Origin: Rikenella microfusus
GTDB taxonomy: Bacteria > Bacteroidota > Bacteroidia > Bacteroidales > DYQK01
DNA length: 64,000 nt
Reading direction: 5' to 3'
NCBI GenBank assembly: GCA_020719385.1
Contig: DYQK01000001.1
Coordinates: forward strand, 5,630-69,629
Shown here: positions 40,701 to 48,122 of the stretch, in pieces
Position numbering within the stretch: the stretch's first letter is position 1
Layout: every line of letters begins with the position of its first letter
Notes under the pieces: model-generated
Database searches by the model: none
The model's input: the letters and a program-made list of their open reading frames with translations, nothing else
What the model was told of the DNA's origin: nothing
Translations under genes and position numbers: made by a program

Positions 40701-43291
40701 ACGGTGCGATTCTGTGGTTGTTGCGTAATAACTGGTAAAACACAACTTTGAACCGTTAAAGAAGCATTATTTGAGGTAACTGCTCCGCAAGAATTTTCTA
40801 CTTGACAATTATAAACGCCGTTTCTGTTTGCAGTAACAGAAAGAATTCGAAGTATTCTTGAGTTTGAACCAATAACGAGAGTATCATAATTGCTGTTTAA
40901 TGGCACTGAATCTTTATACCATTGATAAGTGAGACTCGAACCCGTTGCGGTAACAGAAAATTCGGCATTTGTATTTTGCTGTGCGGTAAGTGAAGTTGGT
41001 TGCGAAGTAATTTGTGGAGTAACGCAAGTGTTTGTATTCACTGTTATTACTGCATTATTCGACTGAACCGTTCCGTAAGTGTTGGTTACTTGACAATAAT
41101 AAGTTCCAGCATCGGCGGTTGTTATTCCTGTTCTGCTGAAATTGGGCGAAGTTGCCCCTGAAATCGCAACATTACTTTTGTACCATTGATAAGTGAGATT
41201 CGAACCTGTTGCGGTAACAGACAAAGAGAGAGTTGCATTTGCGTTTAATGTTTGCGATAAAGGTTGCGTTGTAATGACAGGTAAATTGTTTCCATAAAAA
41301 CCTGTTCCCCAAACAATGGCACCGCGATAAAGATTCTGAACGTTGATGTCAGACAAAGTGCCAAGAGAACTTCCATAAGCATAATTTCCTGCGTGGCTGA
41401 AATAAATAACTCGTCCATTTCCATATTGTCGCACAATAACTGCATCTGTATTATTTTGTTGGTCGTACATCAAAGTTATTGCATCGTTGTGTCGTTTTCC
41501 ACCAATATTACTTCCTGAATTAAAAGTAAACTGATAAGGAACAAATTGCAAAGCAGGATGTCCTTGTTGACCGTTAACTGCCGTATAAGTGAGACTTCCC
41601 ATCACACCTGAGACTCTTACGCCGAGAATTAAATCGGTCATCGACATCATTCGGTTGCAAGAAATTTCATAAGCGTTCCATTCGTCACCGATGAAACAAC
41701 CACCATTTTGCACAAATTGCGTCAACGCAACTTGTCCCGAAGTAGGCATTTCTTGGTCGTAAGTTGTTCCGTTCAAGTGAATAACTGCGTTATAGCCGTT
41801 TAACGAAGGATTCGTGCCATTCCACTGACTTTCTGAAACATAACTAAAATCAACCGTCATTCCATAACTTTCGAGAAAATTATGTAAAGCAAGGGTATTT
41901 GAATTTGTTTGTGAATCGTCCCAAAGAATTAAAACGCGTGCGTTGGTGTAATATGTGCCGCCGCCGCCGTTTACGGTCAATGATGCTGTATAAGAAGTCA
42001 CCGTGCCGCAACTATTCGAGACAACACAATAATAATTCCCTGCGTCAGCCGTTGTTACGTAATTAATGTTGTATTGCGAAGTATTTGCTCCACTAATAAC
42101 AGCATTATTTTTATACCATTGATAAACTAAACCCGTTCCTGAAGCATTAACTGAAAACTGTGCTGCTTGTCCAACGCCTCGCGTGATACTTTGCGGATGA
42201 TAAACTATTGTCGGAGAAACACAAGAACTTTGATACGAATACGACAAAGTTGTCTGATAACTTAGCGGCTCGCAATAATAACGAGAAATATGAACATAAT
42301 ATGTCCCTGTTGACGAACAATTAAACGTTACATTGGAATATTGGTTGTAATTTCCATAGTTACCTGCAACTTCTGAACCATATTGGTTATAAACGCGAAT
42401 ATAAGCGTATTCATATCCGTTATTGTAGGCAGAAAAATTGTAATTCAACCCTGCGGTTGCACTAAAACTCCAAATATTGCGATAACTTGCATAAGCAGTG
42501 GTTGTTTGTGCATAGTTTGCAGGATAAATTGTTCCTCTATCATAAGGATTTCCGCAAGTATTGGGCAAATTCGAGTAATTAACTGTCAAAACTGCAGTTG
42601 CACTCGTCACAGAACCACAATTATTCGAGACAACACAATAATAACTGCCTGCATCGGCTTGAGTTACACTTGAAATAGTGTACGTTGCTCCGTAATTTCC
42701 AATGTTATAACCATTTTTATACCATTGATAAGTTAAACCGCTTCCTGTTGCAGAAACTGAAAACGAAACACTTTGATAAAGATTTGTCGAAACACTTTGT
42801 GGATGAGAGTAAAGTGCAGGAGGTGTGCAATAACCTTGCGAACTTCGATACTGAATATTTTGACTATTATTCAATGTTCCGCAAGAATATTGACTGAAAT
42901 GAACATAATAATAGCCTGAAGTTGAACAAGTCCAATCCATAGACGCACTTACGCCGCTGCAATACGGACCATTATCATCTCGGTTAGCAACCATCGAACC
43001 GTTCACGTCATAAATACGAAAGTAAGTATCGCCTGAACCTCCGCAATTATTGAAACTGTACATTTGCCCCGCAACAGCATAAAAACCCCACATATGTCTG
43101 TTACCTGCATACGCATAAGTACTTTGCCAACTTGTAGAGGGGGTCAATGTTCCATTGTAGGAATAGTAGCCGCAAGTATTTTGTGGCTGTGCGACAACAT
43201 CGCTCTGTGAAAATGTTAGGGAAAAACCCATCAAAAGAACCAAAATTAGACGTAATTTGGCATTCTTTTTTAAATTGTCAAGAAACCTCAT
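37739..43291 (-). CDS. giant T9SS-secreted surface protein (2 PPC-like domains, 7 Ig-like modules, ThuA/GATase-like domain, YWTD-like beta-propeller, type A C-terminal sorting domain)
   Basis: 1850 aa with a signal peptide. Seven copies of the module ..TYQWYKN..ISGA......V...D.G.YYC.V.N.CG...S..A.LTV. Six YWTD-like blades (KIYWATENYVRKANLDGSG, NIYWTMNEGFIGSALLNGSN and others). The C-terminus ...IEIFDIMGKNV...GTYVVKVFDKNGVSVQKVIIK matches the Por secretion tail pattern. Confidence 0.85.
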   Translation of the reverse strand: MRFLDNLKKNAKLRLILVLLMGFSLTFSQSDVVAQPQNTCGYYSYNGTLTPSTSWQSTYAYAGNRHMWGFYAVAGQMYSFNNCGGSGDTYFRIYDVNGSMVANRDDNGPYCSGVSASMDWTCSTSGYYYVHFSQYSCGTLNNSQNIQYRSSQGYCTPPALYSHPQSVSTNLYQSVSFSVSATGSGLTYQWYKNGYNIGNYGATYTISSVTQADAGSYYCVVSNNCGSVTSATAVLTVNYSNLPNTCGNPYDRGTIYPANYAQTTTAYASYRNIWSFSATAGLNYNFSAYNNGYEYAYIRVYNQYGSEVAGNYGNYNQYSNVTFNCSSTGTYYVHISRYYCEPLSYQTTLSYSYQSSCVSPTIVYHPQSITRGVGQAAQFSVNASGTGLVYQWYKNNAVISGANTSQYNINYVTTADAGNYYCVVSNSCGTVTSYTASLTVNGGGGTYYTNARVLILWDDSQTNSNTLALHNFLESYGMTVDFSYVSESQWNGTNPSLNGYNAVIHLNGTTYDQEMPTSGQVALTQFVQNGGCFIGDEWNAYEISCNRMMSMTDLILGVRVSGVMGSLTYTAVNGQQGHPALQFVPYQFTFNSGSNIGGKRHNDAITLMYDQQNNTDAVIVRQYGNGRVIYFSHAGNYAYGSSLGTLSDINVQNLYRGAIVWGTGFYGNNLPVITTQPLSQTLNANATLSLSVTATGSNLTYQWYKSNVAISGATSPNFSRTGITTADAGTYYCQVTNTYGTVQSNNAVITVNTNTCVTPQITSQPTSLTAQQNTNAEFSVTATGSSLTYQWYKDSVPLNSNYDTLVIGSNSRILRILSVTANRNGVYNCQVENSCGAVTSNNASLTVQSCVLPVITQQPQNRTVDAYQNTTFSTYATGQNITYQWFKDSAAISGATTRILTLNSVTEANEGIYNCEATNSCGSRSTNDVTLTVNVCDAPNITGNPQDIFIETGRLARLGVSATGSNLTYQWYRNNASISGATSDSLSVGPTQMSDTGVYYCIVSNGCGSDTSTFANLQIGQLYLYVAEMDTAGFYKVTRLNPDGTNRVTLVADDFEILDIAIDGAGNKIYWATENYVRKANLDGSGVDTFLTEAGINDIEFDHASNKLFVYSYGMIFVYDASGTQIDAINIGNSNANQGCAMQVLNGKVYFSSESGFIGRMEFNGASFTDTFIVTDYIPQGMFIDNTNIYWTMNEGFIGSALLNGSNVDNSFVSGLYSPTYLTKLQNDFYVAELIGSTIVKIDESSQTSEITDFSNIRAVKSAIGVPICMQPVIVQQPHPADTTVTFGQAISFDVQVTGTPQFTYQWYKNGQASRISSDYYIQRASISDTGTYFVTVTNRCGTVISNSAHLTVDFRTTTWNGTSWNNGSPDSSANAIIEDLYIVGINNSGLNLTARNLTIAPTGKLTVNTGKTVTVMGNILIRNTARGTGSLITNGVLRCSGTYSIERFVNDGNAPRPHWISIPMPTVPVSNLGTTIRLQQLNSGTGITGSNIANYTSGLQNYSVAAFNSPMKGYEVLLSTALRTITLTGGQFFSGEKVYSLRSGANLIGNPYPSTINWCIPQGWAKTSVTPTIYFLQGERIASYNATTSTGTFGATSKIPATQGFMVICNTATGTIKVNNLAREHQQQATYKSTQQSILKLSAGNEYATGDETVVMFNEQATTNFDNEFDAYKIFESNFALPHLYTTTDDGIPTAMNILPSTDVLPLYFEAGKSGNYTVAATEMKIENVYLEDILTGKFIDLSKENYSFDYSTSDNTHRFNLHFGKKTATDVKKVLATNAVNIYSFEKDVYISNLQGASKIEIFDIMGKNVALQTSENSFTKISLSISGTYVVKVFDKNGVSVQKVIIK
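40232..41282 (-). repeat. four tandem Ig-like coding repeats (period about 260-280 bp) inside the giant gene
   Basis: The plus-strand marker ccattgataagt / ccactgataagt (reverse complement of ..TYQW) recurs near 40379, 40639, 40919 and 41181. Further dispersed copies lie near 39371, 42118 and 42721. Confidence 0.8.
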
Positions 43292-43329
43292 AGTTTATGA
43301 ATATTGAGTTTTAAAAATTTTAAACTTTG

Positions 43330-43337
43330 CAAATATA
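43330..43337 (-). promoter_or_regulatory. -7 box TATATTTG for the giant T9SS cargo gene
   Basis: The plus strand reads CAAATATA, 39 nt upstream of the ATG. Phased A-tracts lie immediately upstream. Confidence 0.55.
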
Positions 43338-43455
43338 AAACAATTTTTTATATAAAAAAAATAAAAAATAAAAAAAAATAAAAAAAAATTTAATTTTACA
43401 AATTTTGTAAATTAAACATTACATTTTTTCAATATTGAGTGAATTTTTGTTAAAC

Positions 43456-43488
43456 AATTTGTCAGATTTACTAAAAATCTGACAAATT
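43456..43488. repeat. TGTCAGAT-core palindromic element, copy 7 (longest perfect form)
   Basis: AATTTGTCAGATTTactaaAAATCTGACAAATT with 14-bp perfect arms, 22 nt after the lolE-like stop. Confidence 0.85.
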
Positions 43489-43509
43489 AGAAAAATATTT
43501 TAGAGAATT

Positions 43510-44754
43510 TTACTGAAATTGTAATGCTTTTATTGGGGAAATTTTCGAAATCATTATCGAGGGTAAAACTAAAAATGTTAAAGTAGCAATTAAAGTACCT
43601 AAATTCAGAAATAAACAATACCAAAAATTTAACTCTATCGGCACAACATTGACGTAATAAGTCGCAGCATCAAGGGTAATTATTCCTGTGAATTTTTGTA
43701 TTAAACAAATTCCGATTCCGATAACATTGCCCCAAAACAACGATTTTATCACGAGAAAAAACGCATAACTGAGAAAAATATTTTTAATTTTTCGATTAGA
43801 AAATCCGAGAGTTTTAAAAATTCCGATGCTTTTTGTGCGTTCTAAAATCAAAATTAAATAACCCGAAATAATATTTATGCCCGCAACGAGAGTCATTAAA
43901 CCTAAAATTACCCAAACATTGGTGTCAATTAACGAGAGCCAATCGAAAAGTTGAGGGAAATTTTCTTTTATTGTCGCAATTTTAAACTTCGAATTTTCTG
44001 CCGTAAAAGTGTAACCCGCTGCTTCATAGACTTCTTGCGTTATTGGGTCGAGATTTTCAAAATGATTTATCAAAATTTCGAAGCCGCTGACTTGCGAGTT
44101 AGTCCAATTATTTAATTTTCGAATATGAGAAATATCAACAAAAGCAAATAATTTGTCGTGTTCTTCCATTCCTGTGTTGAAGATTCCTGAAATTTTAAAT
44201 TTTCGAATCCGCGGCGGATTCTGAATAAAATAAATTTTCAAGGAATCAAGAAGTTTTAACTGCAACAAATTTGCGAGTGAACGAGAAATTAAGATATTTT
44301 TCGATGTTATTGAGTCGTTGAGAGTTAAAATTTCTCCTTCTGCGAGGTGCATTTTAAAAAAATCCCAATTAAAATGTTGGTCGATTCCTTTCAAAACTAC
44401 ACCCTGCATCACATTTTTTGTTTTAATAATTCCTGCTTTTGTAGCAAAAATTTGAATATGTTTAATTCCCTGAATTTTCTGAATTTCCTTGATAAATGGC
44501 TGATTTTTATCAACAGGCGCGGTTTCGTAAGAAACATTTAAGTCATAATTGGTGAGAGTTATGTGCGACCCAAAACCAACAATTTTGTTTCGAATTTGTT
44601 CCTTAAACCCCGTAACAATTGCCACTGAGAGCAACATTACCGCAAGACTAAGCGAAACACTAAAAACAGCAATCGAAATGATGGAATGAAATCCAACGGT
44701 TTGCTGTGAACGATAGGTGAAAAAACGTTTCGCAATAAAAAATTCTGTTCGCAA
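43510..44754 (-). CDS. lipoprotein-releasing system permease, LolC/LolE family (FtsX-type)
   Basis: 414 aa with N-terminus FFIAKRFF, 4 TM helices and a periplasmic domain between TM1 and TM2. TTG start. Confidence 0.85.
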   Translation of the reverse strand: MRTEFFIAKRFFTYRSQQTVGFHSIISIAVFSVSLSLAVMLLSVAIVTGFKEQIRNKIVGFGSHITLTNYDLNVSYETAPVDKNQPFIKEIQKIQGIKHIQIFATKAGIIKTKNVMQGVVLKGIDQHFNWDFFKMHLAEGEILTLNDSITSKNILISRSLANLLQLKLLDSLKIYFIQNPPRIRKFKISGIFNTGMEEHDKLFAFVDISHIRKLNNWTNSQVSGFEILINHFENLDPITQEVYEAAGYTFTAENSKFKIATIKENFPQLFDWLSLIDTNVWVILGLMTLVAGINIISGYLILILERTKSIGIFKTLGFSNRKIKNIFLSYAFFLVIKSLFWGNVIGIGICLIQKFTGIITLDAATYYVNVVPIELNFWYCLFLNLGTLIATLTFLVLPSIMISKISPIKALQFQ

Positions 44755-44794
44755 AATAAAAAAAATTACAAATTTTCTGATAAATTTGTTAAAA

Positions 44795-44837
44795 ATTCGT
44801 TGATAAATTTAACATTTTTTATTTTTTATCAACGAAT
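44795..44837 (-). terminator. terminator hairpin after the HAD-Tpt1 gene
   Basis: ATTCGTTGATAAA(17 nt)TTTATCAACGAAT with a 13-bp stem. The minus-strand transcript continues with TTTTAAC. Confidence 0.6.
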
Positions 44838-44844
44838 TTTAACA

Positions 44845-45882
44845 TTAATTATAACTTGCAAAATTAATAAATTGCGAAGGAACATTTTCAACAAGCCACA
44901 CATTATTTGAAGTATGATAAAAAGTAAACCCTTGTCGTTGCATTTCTCCCGATTTAATTGCCAAAATAATTGAGTTTTTGCGTCTTTTCGAGACCTGCAA
45001 AGCCGTTTCGTAATTTGGCGAGAGATGGACGTGAGTGCGTTGCCCTTTGAGTAAACCTTCTTTTTTGATACTTTGTAAAAAGTCGCTTGACGTTCCGTGA
45101 AATAAAAGTTCAGGCGGCACCGAGGGCGGAATATCTAACGCAACTTTCACTGAATGTCCTTGTACGGCGCGGATTTTCGCAAAACTTGAACTAAACGCAA
45201 AACGTTTTTTGTCATTTTTTTCGACAATCATTAATAATTTCTCGAAATCGAGATTTATACCCCTTTCGCTGCACTTTCGCAGCAAAGTATTGGTTGAGGT
45301 CCAGCCGTTTTTATCGAGCGAGATGCCGATTTCTTCGGGTTTATGTCGTAAAACGAGACTGAGGAATTTGCTAATATTGGTTATTTCCTTATGTTCTTTG
45401 TGCAAAAGTTTCTCTGATTTGTCGTTTTTCACGTTCAAAACATCTAAGATGGGTAAAATATATTCCTTTGTTAGCCCTGTTCCGGGATTTACCCACACAA
45501 AATTTGACGGAAAACAAGTTAAACTGATGTCGTCGAGAATCACAAAATCTTTGATTTCATTTTCTCGCACATACGTTTCGACTTCCTCCTCTCGTCCCAA
45601 ATATTTGAGAATCGTTGTATCTATCGGGCTTTTCGAAACGTTATTGAACTTAAATAATTGGTTTAACTTTTCCAAATCGGAGTAATTAAAACGCCAGTCG
45701 GAGGAGAGAATTATCTCGGCACCGCTAACTTTTAAAATTCTGTTCAACACCTTCACGCAATGCGGGTCGAAAGGATAACCATTTTCGTCGAACCACTTTG
45801 AACGCCGTTTATTCTGTCCCCAACCTGTGGATAAAACGCCGTCAATGTCTAAGAATATTGCCTTTTCGATTTTTCTTTTCAT
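44845..45882 (-). CDS. fusion protein: N-terminal HAD-like phosphatase (RNA-repair 'HAD_SAK'-like) + C-terminal RNA 2'-phosphotransferase Tpt1/KptA
   Basis: HAD motif I FLDIDGVL, motif II SSDWR, motif IV ILDD (aa 1-150). The Tpt1 part is ISKFLSLVLRHKPEEIGISLDKNGW, IRAVQGHS, HGT and RTHVHL (aa 165-345). Confidence 0.8.
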   Translation of the reverse strand: MKRKIEKAIFLDIDGVLSTGWGQNKRRSKWFDENGYPFDPHCVKVLNRILKVSGAEIILSSDWRFNYSDLEKLNQLFKFNNVSKSPIDTTILKYLGREEEVETYVRENEIKDFVILDDISLTCFPSNFVWVNPGTGLTKEYILPILDVLNVKNDKSEKLLHKEHKEITNISKFLSLVLRHKPEEIGISLDKNGWTSTNTLLRKCSERGINLDFEKLLMIVEKNDKKRFAFSSSFAKIRAVQGHSVKVALDIPPSVPPELLFHGTSSDFLQSIKKEGLLKGQRTHVHLSPNYETALQVSKRRKNSIILAIKSGEMQRQGFTFYHTSNNVWLVENVPSQFINFASYN

Positions 45883-45888
45883 AAGTTT

Positions 45889-46464
45889 TTACTCAAAAAT
45901 ATCATTGAGATTGATAATTAAGTCGCCGTTAAAAATAAAAACAGGAATAGAGTCTTCTTGAGTGTAGATTCCGTTTAAAAAATATTTTCTGTTTTCGTTT
46001 AACAAAAAAACGTGAACATTTTTTTCATCAGGTCGAACCACCCAATATTCCTTCACCCCAAATTTCTCGTACACTTCAAATTTATCTTTTACATCTCGCT
46101 TCGAATTTTTTGAAGAAACAATTTCGATAATTAAGTCAGGACTTCCGAGACAACCGCGTTTGTCAATTTTTGATAAATCACAAATCACACAAATATCGGG
46201 CTGAACAACGGTGTGAACTTTCTTGTTTTCTTTTTCTCCGTTTTCATACAAACGCACATCGAAAGGTGCAACAAACACTTTACAAGGTTTTTTTCGCAAA
46301 AAATTCCAAAAAGTTCCCGACAAATTACTCGAAATAGTTTGATGAGTCGAAGACGGTGCCGCCATTTTGAAAGCAAAACCGTTGATTAACTCGCGGCGAA
46401 TGTTGTCAACCCAAGTGAGATAATCTGCATAGGAGTAACGCAAAGATAAATTTAATGTTTTCAT
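45889..46464 (-). CDS. Uma2 family (DUF820) PD-(D/E)xK endonuclease-like protein
   Basis: Motifs VQPDICVICD, SPDLIIEIVS and K..VY..FGVKEYWVV. The gaps to both neighbouring genes are 6-7 nt. Confidence 0.8.
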   Translation of the reverse strand: MKTLNLSLRYSYADYLTWVDNIRRELINGFAFKMAAPSSTHQTISSNLSGTFWNFLRKKPCKVFVAPFDVRLYENGEKENKKVHTVVQPDICVICDLSKIDKRGCLGSPDLIIEIVSSKNSKRDVKDKFEVYEKFGVKEYWVVRPDEKNVHVFLLNENRKYFLNGIYTQEDSIPVFIFNGDLIINLNDIFE

Positions 46465-46471
46465 AAAATGG

Positions 46472-47284
46472 TTATTTTACGATTTCAATGGTCATTTTTA
46501 GGTCAGTTATGGGTCTATCGCCGGGTTTTGTTTGTACTGCGGCGATTTTGTCAATAACATCAAGTCCTTCGATTACTTCACCGAAGACGGTATAATTTCC
46601 ATCTAAAAATGGAGTGCCTCCGTTGGTGGAATATTCTCGAAGTTGTTCTTCTGAAAATTGTAACAAAGTAATTTCTTTCGCAATTTCTTTGTCAATTTCC
46701 TCAATAATTCGGTTTAACTCTTTTATATTTCCTGCTTTTTGCAACGAATCCAAGGTTTTTCTCAACGCATTTTTTTCAGGTTTCTGAATATACTGCATAA
46801 ATTTTTGATTCTTAGCGTTGTCATTAATCTGTTGTTGCATCGAAAGAAGTTCTTGCGTGGAATATTTTTTCCCCTGCACAATATAAAATTGCGAACCTGA
46901 CGAGGCTTTGGTCGGATTTACTTGGTCGGCTTGTCTTGCGGCTGCGAGAGCACCTTTTTTGTGAAAAAATTTGGGATTAAACTCTGCAGGAATAGTGTAA
47001 CTTGGACCGCCGCTGCCCAATTGAGTGTTGGGACCAGCATTTCGAGATGTTGGGTCGCCGCCCTGAATCATAAAATCTTTTATGACGCGGTGAAATAACA
47101 AACCATCGAAAAATTTTTCGTTGACAAGTTTAATAAAATTGTCTCGATGTTTTGGGGTTTCGTCATAGAGACGAATCTTAATGTTGCCGTATTCGGTTTT
47201 GATAATAACCATTGTTTGTTGATTTTGCTGGGAAAAACTGTTCAAAGTTTGTCCCAAAAGAAAAATGAAAAATAAATACTTCAT
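46472..47284 (-). CDS. cyclophilin-type peptidyl-prolyl cis-trans isomerase (secreted, with an internal insertion)
   Basis: FHRVIKDFMIQGGDP and SQFYIV motifs. There is a helical insert of about 70 aa before the last strands. Start trimmed to the ATG at 47284 (signal peptide MKYLFFIFLLG). Confidence 0.9.
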   Translation of the reverse strand: MKYLFFIFLLGQTLNSFSQQNQQTMVIIKTEYGNIKIRLYDETPKHRDNFIKLVNEKFFDGLLFHRVIKDFMIQGGDPTSRNAGPNTQLGSGGPSYTIPAEFNPKFFHKKGALAAARQADQVNPTKASSGSQFYIVQGKKYSTQELLSMQQQINDNAKNQKFMQYIQKPEKNALRKTLDSLQKAGNIKELNRIIEEIDKEIAKEITLLQFSEEQLREYSTNGGTPFLDGNYTVFGEVIEGLDVIDKIAAVQTKPGDRPITDLKMTIEIVK

Positions 47285-47302
47285 AATCGAAAAAAAATTT
47301 TG

Positions 47303-47310
47303 CAAATATA
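47303..47310 (-). promoter_or_regulatory. -7 box TATATTTG for the cyclophilin-Uma2-HAD/Tpt1 operon
   Basis: The plus strand reads CAAATATA, 19 nt upstream of the ATG at 47284. Confidence 0.55.
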
Positions 47311-47508
47311 AAAAATTTTTCACAAAAAATCGAAAAACAAATTATTTCTCAAACTGTTTTAGTGAATTTTTAATTAGACATCTTTCCAAATTATTTTCAA
47401 CAGAAAAACGTGAACAATTTTTTGCTTTTTCGAAAATTTTCTGAGAAAAATTGCATTTTAGAATAACGAAAAATAGAGAAATTTGATTAAATTTTAGAAT
47501 TTTCGTTG

Positions 47509-47516
47509 CAAATATA
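47509..47516 (-). promoter_or_regulatory. orphan consensus -7 box TATATTTG with no ORF for about 215 nt downstream
   Basis: The plus strand reads CAAATATA within cgttgcaaatataa, identical in its core to the tRNA-Asp promoter. Confidence 0.4.
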
Positions 47517-47608
47517 ATTTATTTTTTCAAGAAAACAATATTTTTCGGAAAAATTTATTTTTTTAAAAGTGAATAATTTAACAAAATATAATTAATGTTT
47601 TACAAATA

Positions 47609-48028
47609 TCAAGCAACAACCAAATATGTGCTTAATAAATCGTATGGTAAAAATTTGAGTGTTTGTTTTTGTAAATCAAGTTCTATTCCCATTGCTTCCA
47701 AAGGAACAACACCTAATAATGGCTGTGCGTCATCGGGTAATTCGATACATTCGCAAACGGTTTCTCGTTCTAATAAGCGAATTTTTACATCGCAGTAAAT
47801 GTTGCGTTCAAAAATACCTGATGCTGTCGAAACTGCAACAATTTTTAACACTTTTAATCCCAATTGTTTGATAAGTTTGGCTGGCAATGCTAGTGTTGTT
47901 GCTCCCGTATCAATTAAAACGTTTTCAACGGTCATTTGTCGAACGTCTTCTTTTTTCATTATTTCTGCCTCCAATTTAATTTCATCAATGTGGTTGATAA
48001 TGAAAAGTTTAGTAATTATTTTTCCCAT
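47609..48028 (-). CDS. retropepsin-like (clan AA) aspartic protease
   Basis: Catalytic DTG in VLIDTGATTLALP, with a size typical of single-lobe bacterial retropepsin-like proteins. The ATG at 48028 is preferred because a TAnnTTTG box (48054-48061) overlaps the region of the track's GTG start. Confidence 0.65.
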   Translation of the reverse strand: MGKIITKLFIINHIDEIKLEAEIMKKEDVRQMTVENVLIDTGATTLALPAKLIKQLGLKVLKIVAVSTASGIFERNIYCDVKIRLLERETVCECIELPDDAQPLLGVVPLEAMGIELDLQKQTLKFLPYDLLSTYLVVA

Positions 48029-48053
48029 ATTTTTTTCATATATTTTCACTCTG

Positions 48054-48061
48054 CAAATATA
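48054..48061 (-). promoter_or_regulatory. -7 box TATATTTG for the retropepsin-like gene
   Basis: The plus strand reads CAAATATA, 26 nt upstream of the ATG at 48028. Confidence 0.5.
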
Positions 48062-48075
48062 ATTTATTTTTTTGA

Positions 48076-48109
48076 GAAAACAAAAACTTTTCTGAAAAAA
48101 TCAGAAAAG
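48076..48109 (-). terminator. intrinsic terminator after tRNA-Pro
   Basis: On the minus strand: CTTTTCTGAtttttTCAGAAAAG followed by TTTTTGTTTTC. Confidence 0.7.
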
Positions 48110-48122
48110 AACAAATAAAAAA

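Noticed and set aside
45209-45685. 158-aa plus-strand ORF from the track, and similar long antisense ORFs (for example 6177-6533, 12417-12776, 49874-50224, 55854-56273, 62292-62693)
   Set aside because: Each lies entirely antisense to a gene with clear family motifs (Tpt1, pheT, the histidine kinase, the LRR gene, the PP2C sensor, the lipoprotein). Their translations are low-complexity (F/L/S/K/I-rich), and none has a TAnnTTTG box upstream. They are expected by chance in A/T-rich DNA.
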